A DNA stretch of 64,000 nt, taken from the IMG/VR virus record IMGVR_UViG_3300028591_000011, positions 41,736 to 105,735 of that record. The stretch is one strand, 5' to 3'. The position numbers and the translations under genes were made by a program. Below are positions 27,698 through 37,008 of this stretch, one piece after another. The stretch comes from a virus. Its lineage: Duplodnaviria; Caudoviricetes. The notes beneath the pieces were generated by a model that saw only the letters and a list, made by a program, of their open reading frames with translations, had not been told where the DNA came from and did no database searches. The number at the start of each line of letters is the position of its first letter. Positions within the stretch are counted from its first letter, which is position 1.

Positions 27698-28737
27698 AAT
27701 TTTAACGTTTCAGAACCATTGCCTTCATAATATTCTCTACTATGCTCCCACTTACCTGTAGCCTGATGCCAAGCAATATGTTCTAATGCATGCTCTATCG
27801 TATCAGCGTGTGGATAGATTTGATCTTTTGTAAATTTAAATACTCGTATTTCATTAGAACCAGTTGTGTCGATTCCAATAATATACCATTCGTGAGACCA
27901 ATCTTTCAAATCTTCTCCTAACTCATACTTTAGATACCAGCCGACAGCCATTGTGTAATACATCAGCTGTCTACAATAGTCATATTGCTCTACACTATCT
28001 TCAAAGTGCCACAGCTTTTGTGTAGTCTTTAAGTCGTAGATAATAGCCTTCTTATTATTAAAATCAAGAGTAAGACCATCGAGTAACGATTTACAAGCTA
28101 TTGGCATCTCACCATAGAATTCCCAGTTTATATGGAATTCGTGATAATCAGATATTGGCGATATCCCAGGATCTCCAGTCACCGGAATAAAGTCTTCTAT
28201 ATCTAAACCACGTACTCTACTGTTACGTGGCCATATGATATCTGCTGCAAGTTTGTGAGATATAATGTTATGCTTGATTTTTTCAAGCATTTTGGCATCC
28301 CAAGGACTAATCATAGTTCTTCCATCATTTGCTTTCAGGAAATCTATGTAATCTTTCAACGTAGAGGCTATTTTAAGGCCTTCTGACAGCATTTTGTCCT
28401 CGGACCTTCCTGCTGTACTGTAAGCATCTTTAAAAGCGCTCAGAATGGCTCTATTAGGCTCTATTTCTGTTGAAAATGCTAACGCCTGACAGAACTTCTC
28501 CTGTTGTACAGAAGAAGGTCTACTTTTGTCCCAGACTACATAGTCTTTTTTGAACTCTTCAGGCTGCAGAATATATTCGTGGATCATTGTTCCACGCTCC
28601 AACACAGCATTCTTTTCTTCTGGTGGAGGATCTGTTAGCATTTTATGTAAATAGGCTGGTCCCTTTTGTAGAAACCAGCCTATATTACTATTGGAAATTC
28701 TACTACGGTCTTCGTAGTATGGAATAGAAATGTCCAT
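27694..28737 (-). CDS. PD-(D/E)XK exonuclease (RecE/exonuclease VIII, DUF3799-like)
   Basis: ISNS..., GTMIHEYIL, KSLLD, IYDLKTT and YCRQLMYY motifs. Confidence 0.8.
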   Translation of the reverse strand: MDISIPYYEDRSRISNSNIGWFLQKGPAYLHKMLTDPPPEEKNAVLERGTMIHEYILQPEEFKKDYVVWDKSRPSSVQQEKFCQALAFSTEIEPNRAILSAFKDAYSTAGRSEDKMLSEGLKIASTLKDYIDFLKANDGRTMISPWDAKMLEKIKHNIISHKLAADIIWPRNSRVRGLDIEDFIPVTGDPGISPISDYHEFHINWEFYGEMPIACKSLLDGLTLDFNNKKAIIYDLKTTQKLWHFEDSVEQYDYCRQLMYYTMAVGWYLKYELGEDLKDWSHEWYIIGIDTTGSNEIRVFKFTKDQIYPHADTIEHALEHIAWHQATGKWEHSREYYEGNGSETLKL

Positions 28738-29513
28738 TAATCCTTCTTCTCAACATTAAGGTCTGCTATAATGCTTTCAAATGATTCATCAGGATTATTC
28801 TTGACTTCCTCACCGAAGATTATAACATTGTCGTAAGACACTACACGTATGTTATTGATGATAAACTCTGTAGCAGCTTCTGCCTTCTTCTTGTCCTTAA
28901 TGATATCATTAAGTACACCAGATACAATCTGCTTACTGAGAGCATTAAATGTACGCTTATATCGTACACGACTACAACGATCGTTCAAATACTCATCGAC
29001 TTCCTTCTCTTCATTTGCTGTGCAAATCACAAGCTTCTTGCAAGACGGCTTAACACCATCTAAGAAACCAAGCAAATAACGAGAATTCCAGTACTTGTCT
29101 ATTTCATCAAATATAACACATACGTTTATTGACATCTGAGCAAAGAAATTCTCTATATCAATAGCACGAACCTCTTTGTCTACAACAATAATAGGCAGAT
29201 TAGACTTTTCAGCTATCTTCTTTGCCATAAGCGTCTTACCACTTCCCTTCATGCCAGAAAGCAATACACCTGTAGTAAGCTTTTCGGTCTTATTGAATGT
29301 GTTTATAACCTTAGTTGCAAATGTATCATCTTCCTTAGTGCTATAATAGCGCTTAGGGAATTCAAATGCTTTATCTTCTGTAATATACAACAAATCAGTA
29401 TATTTATCTTCTACTAATCGATATACATTACCAGCTTTAAGGTTATAGTCACTACCTACAGGTTTAGGAGTAATTACATTTCCATTCTTTACGAAGTGTG
29501 AATTATTTTCCAT
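28737..29513 (-). CDS. AAA+ ATPase
   Basis: Walker A GMKGSGKT, Walker B VIFDEIDK, sensor/Arg-finger DRCSR. Confidence 0.85.
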   Translation of the reverse strand: MENNSHFVKNGNVITPKPVGSDYNLKAGNVYRLVEDKYTDLLYITEDKAFEFPKRYYSTKEDDTFATKVINTFNKTEKLTTGVLLSGMKGSGKTLMAKKIAEKSNLPIIVVDKEVRAIDIENFFAQMSINVCVIFDEIDKYWNSRYLLGFLDGVKPSCKKLVICTANEEKEVDEYLNDRCSRVRYKRTFNALSKQIVSGVLNDIIKDKKKAEAATEFIINNIRVVSYDNVIIFGEEVKNNPDESFESIIADLNVEKKD

Positions 29514-29892
29514 TTTTTCTTGCTTTTAAAAGTTCTTCGATCATCTCGTCTACCTGCTTATGGTTTCTGACGAGATATAGTTTTGTTTTTGCATGATGTC
29601 GTTTAAGATAATACTTAAACAACTTCCAACGAATAGGGAACGAATCCCCCATAAGACCTTTGCATTCTACTATAAAACCTCGTCCTACGAAGTCTGGTAG
29701 ATATGTAATAGGTCTTATTTTTTCGCCTAAGAACTCGAACTTTGGAAGTAAGGTAAAATGCTTTGGCTCATATTTAACAGGTATCCCTGCTTTCATAAAA
29801 GCTTCATACGTATAGAGTTCGAGTTTACTACGAAAATGTAGCCCATACGCATCGACAGCTGTCGCATTTTTTACCCTACTTTTAGTCTTCAT
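29503..29892 (-). CDS. PD-(D/E)XK endonuclease (DUF1064-like)
   Basis: FRSKLE...YLPDF...VECKG motifs. Confidence 0.75.
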   Translation of the reverse strand: MKTKSRVKNATAVDAYGLHFRSKLELYTYEAFMKAGIPVKYEPKHFTLLPKFEFLGEKIRPITYLPDFVGRGFIVECKGLMGDSFPIRWKLFKYYLKRHHAKTKLYLVRNHKQVDEMIEELLKARKNGK

Positions 29893-30011
29893 AGAATTTT
29901 ATTCGTATATCAGCGTTATATTGCTTTTTTACGTCTTCTACAATTTTCTTATAAGAGTACACATATACTGCAATTACTCCTATACATGCACCTAGAAAGG
30001 CGCCAAAAAAT

Positions 30012-30986
30012 TCAATCATATCTTTCTACTGTTTTAGTTAACCATTCTTTTACGGCAAAGAATCCGTTATCTCGAACAGCATCGGATATGTCCTTTGCCT
30101 TAAACTTCTTATGAACGAATATAGCATCTAATTTATATCGTTTACTATATTGCCTAGCATTCTTTACTCCAGCTTCATCTCTATCATACAAGATTACGAT
30201 ATGTTTGAATCGTTCTTTAAGGCTTTCTAACACATCATCTGGTATAAATGTAGTTTCACTGGATGGAGATACAGCACTGAATCCCATTTCATACAAACAC
30301 ATTACATCCTTAAGAGACTTAGTTATAATCAACAGATTACCGAATTCTGGTAGTTGACTATATCCTTGTATATTAGCATTAGTTAGATTAGTCCTCCATT
30401 TAGTATACTTACTGGCTAATGGACGATAAATCTTAAACCTATTGTCTACCTTGTAGGCATACATAGGATTCTCTTCTTTGTATATTGCACGAACTACGTC
30501 GTTACACAAAAAGTATTTAATGCTAAACACATCGAATTTCTTAAGAGTATTCATAGATATATGGAACTGTTTCCAGTACCGTTTATCTACTTCTGTAAAA
30601 GGTTGTCGTACAATGCCGAAGTTAAGCTCGCTAGAGCCATTTTCAGCCCTTCTGACGGCCTTTTGTGTCGTCTGACTAGGATTTACCCACTTGACTATTT
30701 TTAAGAGCTCACGCTCCAATTCTTCGCGGCTATCAATACCTCTGTATAGCTTAAGAAACTTAATAGCATTGCCTGCTACTCCAGTACCGTGGTCTTTAAA
30801 CAACAAAGCACCATCTTTCGTTGGAAATATAGCGAACGATGGCACATTATCATCAGGCCTTAATGGACTATTTATAAGCTTCTTTGGCTTTATAGCACCT
30901 AAGTAATAACTATAGATGTCATAATCGCTTACTTTTTCCAACAAGTCTCTAAGACTCATTGTGATAGCTGTTTTTGTACTATACAT
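30012..30986 (-). CDS. DNA primase (TOPRIM)
   Basis: SPLRPDDNVPSF, FKDHG, ITKSLKDVM, YDRDEAG, KDISD. Start moved to ATG 30986 because the longer track start runs through a tRNA-like element. Confidence 0.85.
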   Translation of the reverse strand: MYSTKTAITMSLRDLLEKVSDYDIYSYYLGAIKPKKLINSPLRPDDNVPSFAIFPTKDGALLFKDHGTGVAGNAIKFLKLYRGIDSREELERELLKIVKWVNPSQTTQKAVRRAENGSSELNFGIVRQPFTEVDKRYWKQFHISMNTLKKFDVFSIKYFLCNDVVRAIYKEENPMYAYKVDNRFKIYRPLASKYTKWRTNLTNANIQGYSQLPEFGNLLIITKSLKDVMCLYEMGFSAVSPSSETTFIPDDVLESLKERFKHIVILYDRDEAGVKNARQYSKRYKLDAIFVHKKFKAKDISDAVRDNGFFAVKEWLTKTVERYD

Positions 30987-31002
30987 AAGCTTAAGCTTTG
31001 TG

Positions 31003-31036
31003 TGGACAGTACGGGATTCGAACCCGTTAACTGTCC
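31003..31036 (-). ncRNA. tRNA minihelix (acceptor stem + T-arm only)
   Basis: GGACAGT-TA-ACGGG-TTCGAAT-CCCGT-ACTGTCC-A: perfect 7-bp and 5-bp stems with a canonical T-loop; no D or anticodon arm. Confidence 0.7.
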
Positions 31037-31209
31037 TTAACATTGTCTTACTGACTCTGTTTTTGTCTTTCGCGTTCATACTCTCGTATATAACGCCTCG
31101 CTTGAACTTTTTCTCGTCCTCCGCGATTCCAGTACCAGTCCATCCAATACTCAGATGTTCCTGGTTTAAGTTTCTTTTCTTCCATTCTTTATCGTTATGT
31201 TAAATTATG

Positions 31210-31265
31210 TGGATGGGACGGGAATCGAACCCGCTTAGACTCTTGTTTACCAATACCACCCTACC
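31210..31265 (-). ncRNA. Degenerate tRNA-like element lacking an anticodon arm
   Basis: GGTAGGG-TGGTATTGGTAAACA...GCGGG-TTCGATT-CCCGT-CCCATCC-A; canonical T-arm, imperfect acceptor. Confidence 0.5.
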
Positions 31266-31335
31266 AGGGCTCTTTTCTGCTCTCGATGTAACCTGCCCAT
31301 TTGCTACACCAACAAGGGTCAACTTAGTTGACCTC

Positions 31336-31576
31336 CACCACTGACCTTTATTTGCAAAATCGCTACCTCCAATAATTTGGATAATGGCTCTCTTAATAGT
31401 AGCATTGGCTCCCCACGACGTTGATTCACAACTTAGCAAATTGGTTGTCAGCACCACTGACCTTTACTCTCATCCGTGTGACTCTGTTTCATCTGGTTAA
31501 TGTCTTTCGACCCATTCAACAGCTCCAGAGGTTCTTGAGGTTCTTATGTTTGGTTGTCAACACCACTGACCGTTTA
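31336..31576 (-). repeat. Three copies of TAAA(C)GGTCAGTGGTG hairpin motif
   Basis: Copies at 31550-31576, 31441-31466 and 31336-31350, about 110 nt apart, in the SSB-primase spacer. Confidence 0.75.
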
Positions 31577-31624
31577 TTGTTCGAAATTCCAACTTGCTTG
31601 CAAATTTGCACGCAAATTTTTCTT

Positions 31625-32230
31625 TCAAAATGGCAGGTCGTCAGCACCTGTAGAGTCTGCAGTCACCGGAGCGGCTGTTGTACCGAGCGGATCGTCTTCC
31701 TTATCTGGCTGGACGGGACGCTCCAGAAGATCGTTCTTCCAAAGCTTAATCTGAGACTCTTCCACACTCATAGGTTCAACAAAAACACCAAGAGAGCTAA
31801 CTTTCGTATAACCCTTCTTATCGTAAACAACCTTAAGACGCATCGGTGCAAGATTTGCTAGGTTTTCAGCATAAGCTTTTGTTAACACATTCTTTACCCA
31901 ATTAATCATCTCTGCAAAGGACGAACCTTCGAAATCCGGATGACTCCCAGTTGCTGCATCTATAACCTGTAGAATACGACCAAACTGCTGATTATCACGA
32001 TTCTGAAGATCTTCATCAGTCTTAATCCACATATTCTTCTCGTTCTTCCATTCAGTCATAGTTGCTGTCTGACCCTGTTCATTCTCAAAGATTATCTCTA
32101 AGAAATCCCGACCTTGAGATGTCTTGTTTACATTAACTTCTTTCAAAGTCACGTTTTCGTTGATGCCTACAGGCATGTATGAGCTTGTAAACTCACTATT
32201 GTTTATTGTTGCTGTTTTTGTGCTATACAT
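31625..32230 (-). CDS. Single-stranded DNA-binding protein (crAss-type)
   Basis: OB-fold-like N-terminus, acidic tail ending DDLPF, located between the recombinase and primase. Confidence 0.7.
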   Translation of the reverse strand: MYSTKTATINNSEFTSSYMPVGINENVTLKEVNVNKTSQGRDFLEIIFENEQGQTATMTEWKNEKNMWIKTDEDLQNRDNQQFGRILQVIDAATGSHPDFEGSSFAEMINWVKNVLTKAYAENLANLAPMRLKVVYDKKGYTKVSSLGVFVEPMSVEESQIKLWKNDLLERPVQPDKEDDPLGTTAAPVTADSTGADDLPF

Positions 32231-32235
32231 AATTC

Positions 32236-32976
32236 TTAGTCTTTCTTATAAATTCTATCCCAATAGGTTGTTATAGTTCCATTCTCATCTCCTGTGGCAA
32301 TGATGATGTCTTTACCTGCAATATGGCGAGCTCTTGCTTCCATAATTGTTCCATCTCCTCCGGATTTGAATGAGATATGTGTTTCGTTATCTTTTCGGTA
32401 CACATATCCAACAGCATCCGCCATTCCGCAAATGATTTTTCCCAATTTTCCGACGAGGTCGATTTCTTTTGCGTTAATCTCTTCGCCTTCTTTATCGGTG
32501 ATACTATCTTTGACATGTCCTACTAAAATAAATTCGTCACAAAGTTCTTTAAACATATCAATGACCTTTTTAACAGCATCTCTTAGATACTTGTAACCTG
32601 CTCCACGGGCGAGTGTAGTAACGTCATTTCCTTTCCAGTTCTTGCCTAATTCGGTTTGCCTGTAAAGGGTGCACGCGTAACTCATACAAATATCTTCAAG
32701 ACGTGTAGCATTGTCAATTGTTATGTGTTTATAGAAGTTATGTCCAACCTCCGCATTCTTAGCTCTAATCGCTTGTGCAATCTCACCGAGATCGTTTATT
32801 GTTCGAGCTTGTATTGCCATAGCATCTAAGAATAGAGAACCACCTTCTAAATCAATTATCAGATTATTCTCTAACTGTGCTAAGCAACTTGTCTTACCAG
32901 ATTTTGGCAATCCGTATAAGACTAAATACGTAGGGTTTACAGAAACAGCTTTTACTTTTCCAGTTGGTAAAGTCAT
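32236..32976 (-). CDS. AAA_24/Sak4-like P-loop ATPase (recombination)
   Basis: YGLPKSGKT, IIDLEGG, ITIDN, ILVGH, ADAVGY. Confidence 0.8.
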   Translation of the reverse strand: MTLPTGKVKAVSVNPTYLVLYGLPKSGKTSCLAQLENNLIIDLEGGSLFLDAMAIQARTINDLGEIAQAIRAKNAEVGHNFYKHITIDNATRLEDICMSYACTLYRQTELGKNWKGNDVTTLARGAGYKYLRDAVKKVIDMFKELCDEFILVGHVKDSITDKEGEEINAKEIDLVGKLGKIICGMADAVGYVYRKDNETHISFKSGGDGTIMEARARHIAGKDIIIATGDENGTITTYWDRIYKKD

Positions 32977-33007
32977 AGGCTCTATTAGGCTCTAAATTGT
33001 TTTTTAA

Positions 33008-33484
33008 TTATTTCTTAATGGTAATCTTCAGACTATCCGTATAGATAGTACAAATAGTCTTCTTCTCCTTCGGAGGAAGGTTGAGGAAGAATGTATCATC
33101 CATCAGATTGAAGAAATACATCTTCTCATTGATGTGGATATAGTCGTCAGTGATCGTAATGATCGTACCATCGCTAAGCTCATACGTCTTATTCTTCTTG
33201 AAAGGATAGAAGTAATTCTTCTTGCCATAATTAGCAAGGAAATCAGAAGCCTTCTTAAAGTCCTCGTCGAAGATAGACGGAGAGTTATACTTCTTACTAC
33301 CAGTAATGAACGCAGTCGTCAAATCGTCGCTCTTATTGTAGTTCAACCAACTATTCTTCTCGATTATATCGTCAAATATAAGATCATCAAGAATCTTAGA
33401 ATAGTCTGTAGACTTATAAAAGGGGTTATTAAACTTGGTATTACCGTTATTATTGTTGTTCAGAGTAAAAGTATACTTCTTCAT
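33008..33484 (-). CDS. Hypothetical protein
   Basis: 158-aa ORF in the operon. Confidence 0.7.
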   Translation of the reverse strand: MKKYTFTLNNNNNGNTKFNNPFYKSTDYSKILDDLIFDDIIEKNSWLNYNKSDDLTTAFITGSKKYNSPSIFDEDFKKASDFLANYGKKNYFYPFKKNKTYELSDGTIITITDDYIHINEKMYFFNLMDDTFFLNLPPKEKKTICTIYTDSLKITIKK

Positions 33485-33524
33485 AATTCAGCCTTTCTTT
33501 TAAATGTTAATACTATTCATCTGA

Positions 33525-34451
33525 TTAACATTCGACCAAATTGTTATACATTAGTTCGTTTTCGAATTCTAAAATACAAGGTTTACCTGCATCTCTATTT
33601 TTTAACATGTGCATATATACCTTGTTTCTGACTGGTAAGTGATTTGGTCCGTACTCCTGTATATTTAACAATTCTGGTCTATGTATTACAAGCACATAAT
33701 CGCTGGCTTGAAATATAGCATCAGATGAAGACAAGTCACTACGCATTGGATAGTGACTCATCGGATTGTTTATCCTTTCAGAAGCTTCGATGTTTCTATT
33801 CATCTGTGCAATCTGTATGATCGAAGTAAATGGTAGCTTTTTAAGCTGTATAAACTCTCGTTCCAATTCACTTATAGTCTCTATTACAGAGCCTATTTGC
33901 TTTGTTAATAAAGCATGATCATATATGATTACAAAATGTTTACCAGTACCTTTAACATACTGATTATAAAAACTTCTTATAACTTCACCTACTTGCATGG
34001 GAGTCATCGGGTTGTCTACAAAGTAGATTGGATACTCTTTTAGCGAGTTGGAAACAGCAATGACTTTTCTGAACGTATCGTCATCGAGGCTCGTTTCCGA
34101 GCTATACAAAGTCGAAGTCGTTTTCTTGAGCTTATTAGAAAGCGTCCTTCCAACTTGCCTAAATCCAACCATCTCTAACGAGAAAGTAAGTACAATTATA
34201 TCTTCTTCAGGATTTAAATCAATCAAATCAGTTTGAACCAAATTAGCCCAACTACTTTTACCACTACCGGAAATTCCAGCTATGGTCATAACGGTATTTG
34301 GTTCAATACCTCCCATACACTGTGAATTAAACTTCTTCCAACGAGTTTTCAAAGATACAATATTTTTGTCTCTTCGTCCCTCTATATAGTTTATAGCTTC
34401 TTGAGCTACTACAGACATTGGTCTTACTATATTAGATAAGTTCTGTTCCAT
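33525..34451 (-). CDS. dnaB: DnaB-like replicative helicase
   Basis: AGISGSGKS, FSLEM, IIYDH, AQMNR, SDLSSSDAIFQASD, KNRDAG. Start taken at MEQNL. Confidence 0.9.
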   Translation of the reverse strand: MEQNLSNIVRPMSVVAQEAINYIEGRRDKNIVSLKTRWKKFNSQCMGGIEPNTVMTIAGISGSGKSSWANLVQTDLIDLNPEEDIIVLTFSLEMVGFRQVGRTLSNKLKKTTSTLYSSETSLDDDTFRKVIAVSNSLKEYPIYFVDNPMTPMQVGEVIRSFYNQYVKGTGKHFVIIYDHALLTKQIGSVIETISELEREFIQLKKLPFTSIIQIAQMNRNIEASERINNPMSHYPMRSDLSSSDAIFQASDYVLVIHRPELLNIQEYGPNHLPVRNKVYMHMLKNRDAGKPCILEFENELMYNNLVEC

Positions 34452-34998
34452 AGCTGTTATAATTTTGCTTTGATTCATCTTTCATTTCATCTTCAATAGC
34501 TTCCCATTGACTACGTGTTAACCAATTCCACATGGTCATCATATAGCTTAGAGAACCTTCACGCATGCGTTTTGATATCTCATAATCGAGACACTTTATC
34601 AAATGCTCTGCCATTGCAGAACTCTTGCCGCATTTTGTATTGAAGAAGTGCCGACACTTATTTACATTAGCTCGTAAATAGCTCTTGCTGCCATCACTGC
34701 GCATTACATACACAGGGTACATGTCATAAAACAAATCAAAATAATCTTTAGCTGGTGCTATAGCTTCTTTTAACTGTTCTGTTGGCATATACGTGACAGA
34801 ATCACCTCTCTCGATCGAGGTGATCAAATTCATGTCGATTAAGCTTGATATTTCGTCATCACCAATAAGGCTGATAATCTGGTGGACGTCTTGATATTTG
34901 GGTTGATTCTTATCCAATACCAAGCTTAAAAAGAATAGCTGATTTAGATTGATACTTGGAAATTTATCCAAGATTTTGGTGTTTACTTCAATAATCAT
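34432..34998 (-). CDS. Putative replication initiator/helicase loader
   Basis: wHTH-like N-terminus, FDLFYDMYP motif typical of phage replication initiators, directly upstream of DnaB. Confidence 0.55.
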   Translation of the reverse strand: MIIEVNTKILDKFPSINLNQLFFLSLVLDKNQPKYQDVHQIISLIGDDEISSLIDMNLITSIERGDSVTYMPTEQLKEAIAPAKDYFDLFYDMYPVYVMRSDGSKSYLRANVNKCRHFFNTKCGKSSAMAEHLIKCLDYEISKRMREGSLSYMMTMWNWLTRSQWEAIEDEMKDESKQNYNSYGTELI

Positions 34999-35023
34999 AT
35001 AGGCTCTATTAGGCTCTAAATTA

Positions 35024-36883
35024 CTAAAATAATTCTAACTGTTGTTCAGCAAAGTCAGCAATTATCTTTTTGGCTTCACTGATATAGTAACGATAGTTAA
35101 TCTTTCGATCTTCTATCGGGCGATCATCAAACTTATTCAGGATTGTTACTCCTGACTTCGTTAACATATTAGACACTTTGTCAACGTCATCTCCATCTTG
35201 TTTAAACAGATATGGACCATCTGTACTTGCATAAAATCTATTGATACGTTGTACAGGTTTATCACCATGTATAACTTTGAACTTCTTATCTACTGCTTGT
35301 GACATTAAGAAATCCCGGATATCTCTATCCTTCTCAATAAATTCTGTCACTGGTATTTTGTGGACAAAGTATGCCATGACTGCTTTCGGTATTACTACCG
35401 GAGCTAATCCTTTACCAAGTTTTGTCTTAGTAATAAACATACCTTTTTCTTCTATCTCACCATTTTTCAAGACACCAAAGTAGTCGTTGATGGCATATTG
35501 ATAGAATGCTTCGTACTCATCTACTTCAAAATTAAGTTGTGTGATTCGTTCCACCTTAGAGATGGCTTCCTGAATTCCTTCTTTAAAGCTGTTTTTAGCC
35601 TTGTAGACAACGCCATCAGTATTGACCTGAATAATTTCACATCCGAGGTCTAAAAGCCTGTCTACGAGCATTAAAAGGATTAGTTGACCGTTTATTCTAA
35701 TCTTAAAAACGTTGAACGGATCATACATCCAACTCACCTCCTGCTGCATTTTTCCGGTAGGAGAATTAAGCACGATCTTTAGAAACATATTCTTAATCTT
35801 TTGACCAGTACGTTTTGCTTCTACTCGTTCGCCGTAAAGCTCTTCGAATATATCGCAAAATAGTTTTCCCAAATGACGAGGTCCCCATTGATATTTAATC
35901 AGGAATGAGGGATACATGGACGTTACATCAGCATGTCCAATGTGCTCATCATCTCTTGGAAGGAATATCTTAGGTGTATGGATAGAATGTATCCCTCCTA
36001 CTCCTACAGAATATACCACATTCGAGAGAACAAACTTCTTCTCGTAGCTTTTGCGTTCCTTCGAGTATACTACATGTTTCTTCATATCCTCTAGAACGTC
36101 TTGTAACTTTGGATTTTTGTATTTTATAAATGGCAAGATGACGTCCTTCAATGTAATATAATCCATTGGCGAACGCCATTCCTTTATAACATTTTTAGGA
36201 ACACCAGACCTCTTGGAATATTCTTCCAAAAGAAAGGTTTCTGCCATTTTTACGGAGTCCATTGATAAACAATCGATTCCGTGTTCTTTTTCAATAAACA
36301 ATCGTAGTTCTATTTCTCCATTGAGCCTATTTAATAGCTCAGTAGTAGACTCTACGTCATTTACGTTATATGCAATCATTTCGTCTATATTTTCTTTCGG
36401 TAAGAATGCGTTAAAATCCCCGTCGTATTCTTGCACATTCTTATAATGCATTGTTACCTGCATCGTCTTAAGACCTACTCGTAATTTTCGACTAAACTGC
36501 ATAGTTAACAAGTCCATAGAGTAGAAGTATTTTGCATACCTCCACTTCTTTAACTTGTCTGCGTTTCCATCTTCGTCTTCCACTATGCATTTTGATAAAT
36601 TGTACAAAGATTGTGTTATACGCACATAAGAGTATTGGTTTAACTTATCTTTGTATTCTATCATATAATTTACGATAGTATCATCGTAATGCTTGTTATT
36701 ATATCCACAGAACATTCTGCTTTTATCTAAAAAGAAGTCAACCAGCTTGTCTAACTGGTTGACTCTTTCTGATATTTCGAACTTGAACATTTCATTCAAT
36801 TCCGTATCATAACAACAACAATGGAAAACATTAGGAAACACCTCAATGTCAAAGACATTTACTGAAGCGTTCTTAATAATCAT
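35024..36883 (-). CDS. DNA polymerase family B
   Basis: Exo FDIEV and GYNNKHYD; DVTSMYPS, KIVLNSPTGK, QVNTDG. Ends TAG-TAA. Confidence 0.92.
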   Translation of the reverse strand: MIIKNASVNVFDIEVFPNVFHCCCYDTELNEMFKFEISERVNQLDKLVDFFLDKSRMFCGYNNKHYDDTIVNYMIEYKDKLNQYSYVRITQSLYNLSKCIVEDEDGNADKLKKWRYAKYFYSMDLLTMQFSRKLRVGLKTMQVTMHYKNVQEYDGDFNAFLPKENIDEMIAYNVNDVESTTELLNRLNGEIELRLFIEKEHGIDCLSMDSVKMAETFLLEEYSKRSGVPKNVIKEWRSPMDYITLKDVILPFIKYKNPKLQDVLEDMKKHVVYSKERKSYEKKFVLSNVVYSVGVGGIHSIHTPKIFLPRDDEHIGHADVTSMYPSFLIKYQWGPRHLGKLFCDIFEELYGERVEAKRTGQKIKNMFLKIVLNSPTGKMQQEVSWMYDPFNVFKIRINGQLILLMLVDRLLDLGCEIIQVNTDGVVYKAKNSFKEGIQEAISKVERITQLNFEVDEYEAFYQYAINDYFGVLKNGEIEEKGMFITKTKLGKGLAPVVIPKAVMAYFVHKIPVTEFIEKDRDIRDFLMSQAVDKKFKVIHGDKPVQRINRFYASTDGPYLFKQDGDDVDKVSNMLTKSGVTILNKFDDRPIEDRKINYRYYISEAKKIIADFAEQQLELF

Positions 36884-36907
36884 AGGCTCTATAGGCTCTT
36901 TAGTTAG

Positions 36908-36999
36908 TGAGAGTAGGGAGACTTAAACTCCCTAGATGATCTTACCACGCATAGCAGTCATCATCCTTTAGGTACAATCCGCAGACTGACATTACTCTC
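36908..36999 (-). ncRNA. tRNA-like element upstream of PolB
   Basis: GAGAGTA/TACTCTC 7-bp acceptor plus discriminator A and T-arm GGGAG-TTTAAGT-CTCCC; the interior hairpins are non-canonical. Confidence 0.55.
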
Positions 37000-37008
37000 T
37001 AAGCAGAC

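Noticed and set aside
30987-31457. Primase extension to 31079 and ORF 31200-31457
   Set aside because: Both run through tRNA-like and repeat elements and lack protein-like features.
31210-31475. Split tRNA-Ser(GCT) using CAAT-TTGCTAA-GTTG as the anticodon arm
   Set aside because: D-arm spacing is non-canonical, the ~200-nt insert has no intron hallmarks, and the 5' part belongs to the triplicated hairpin.
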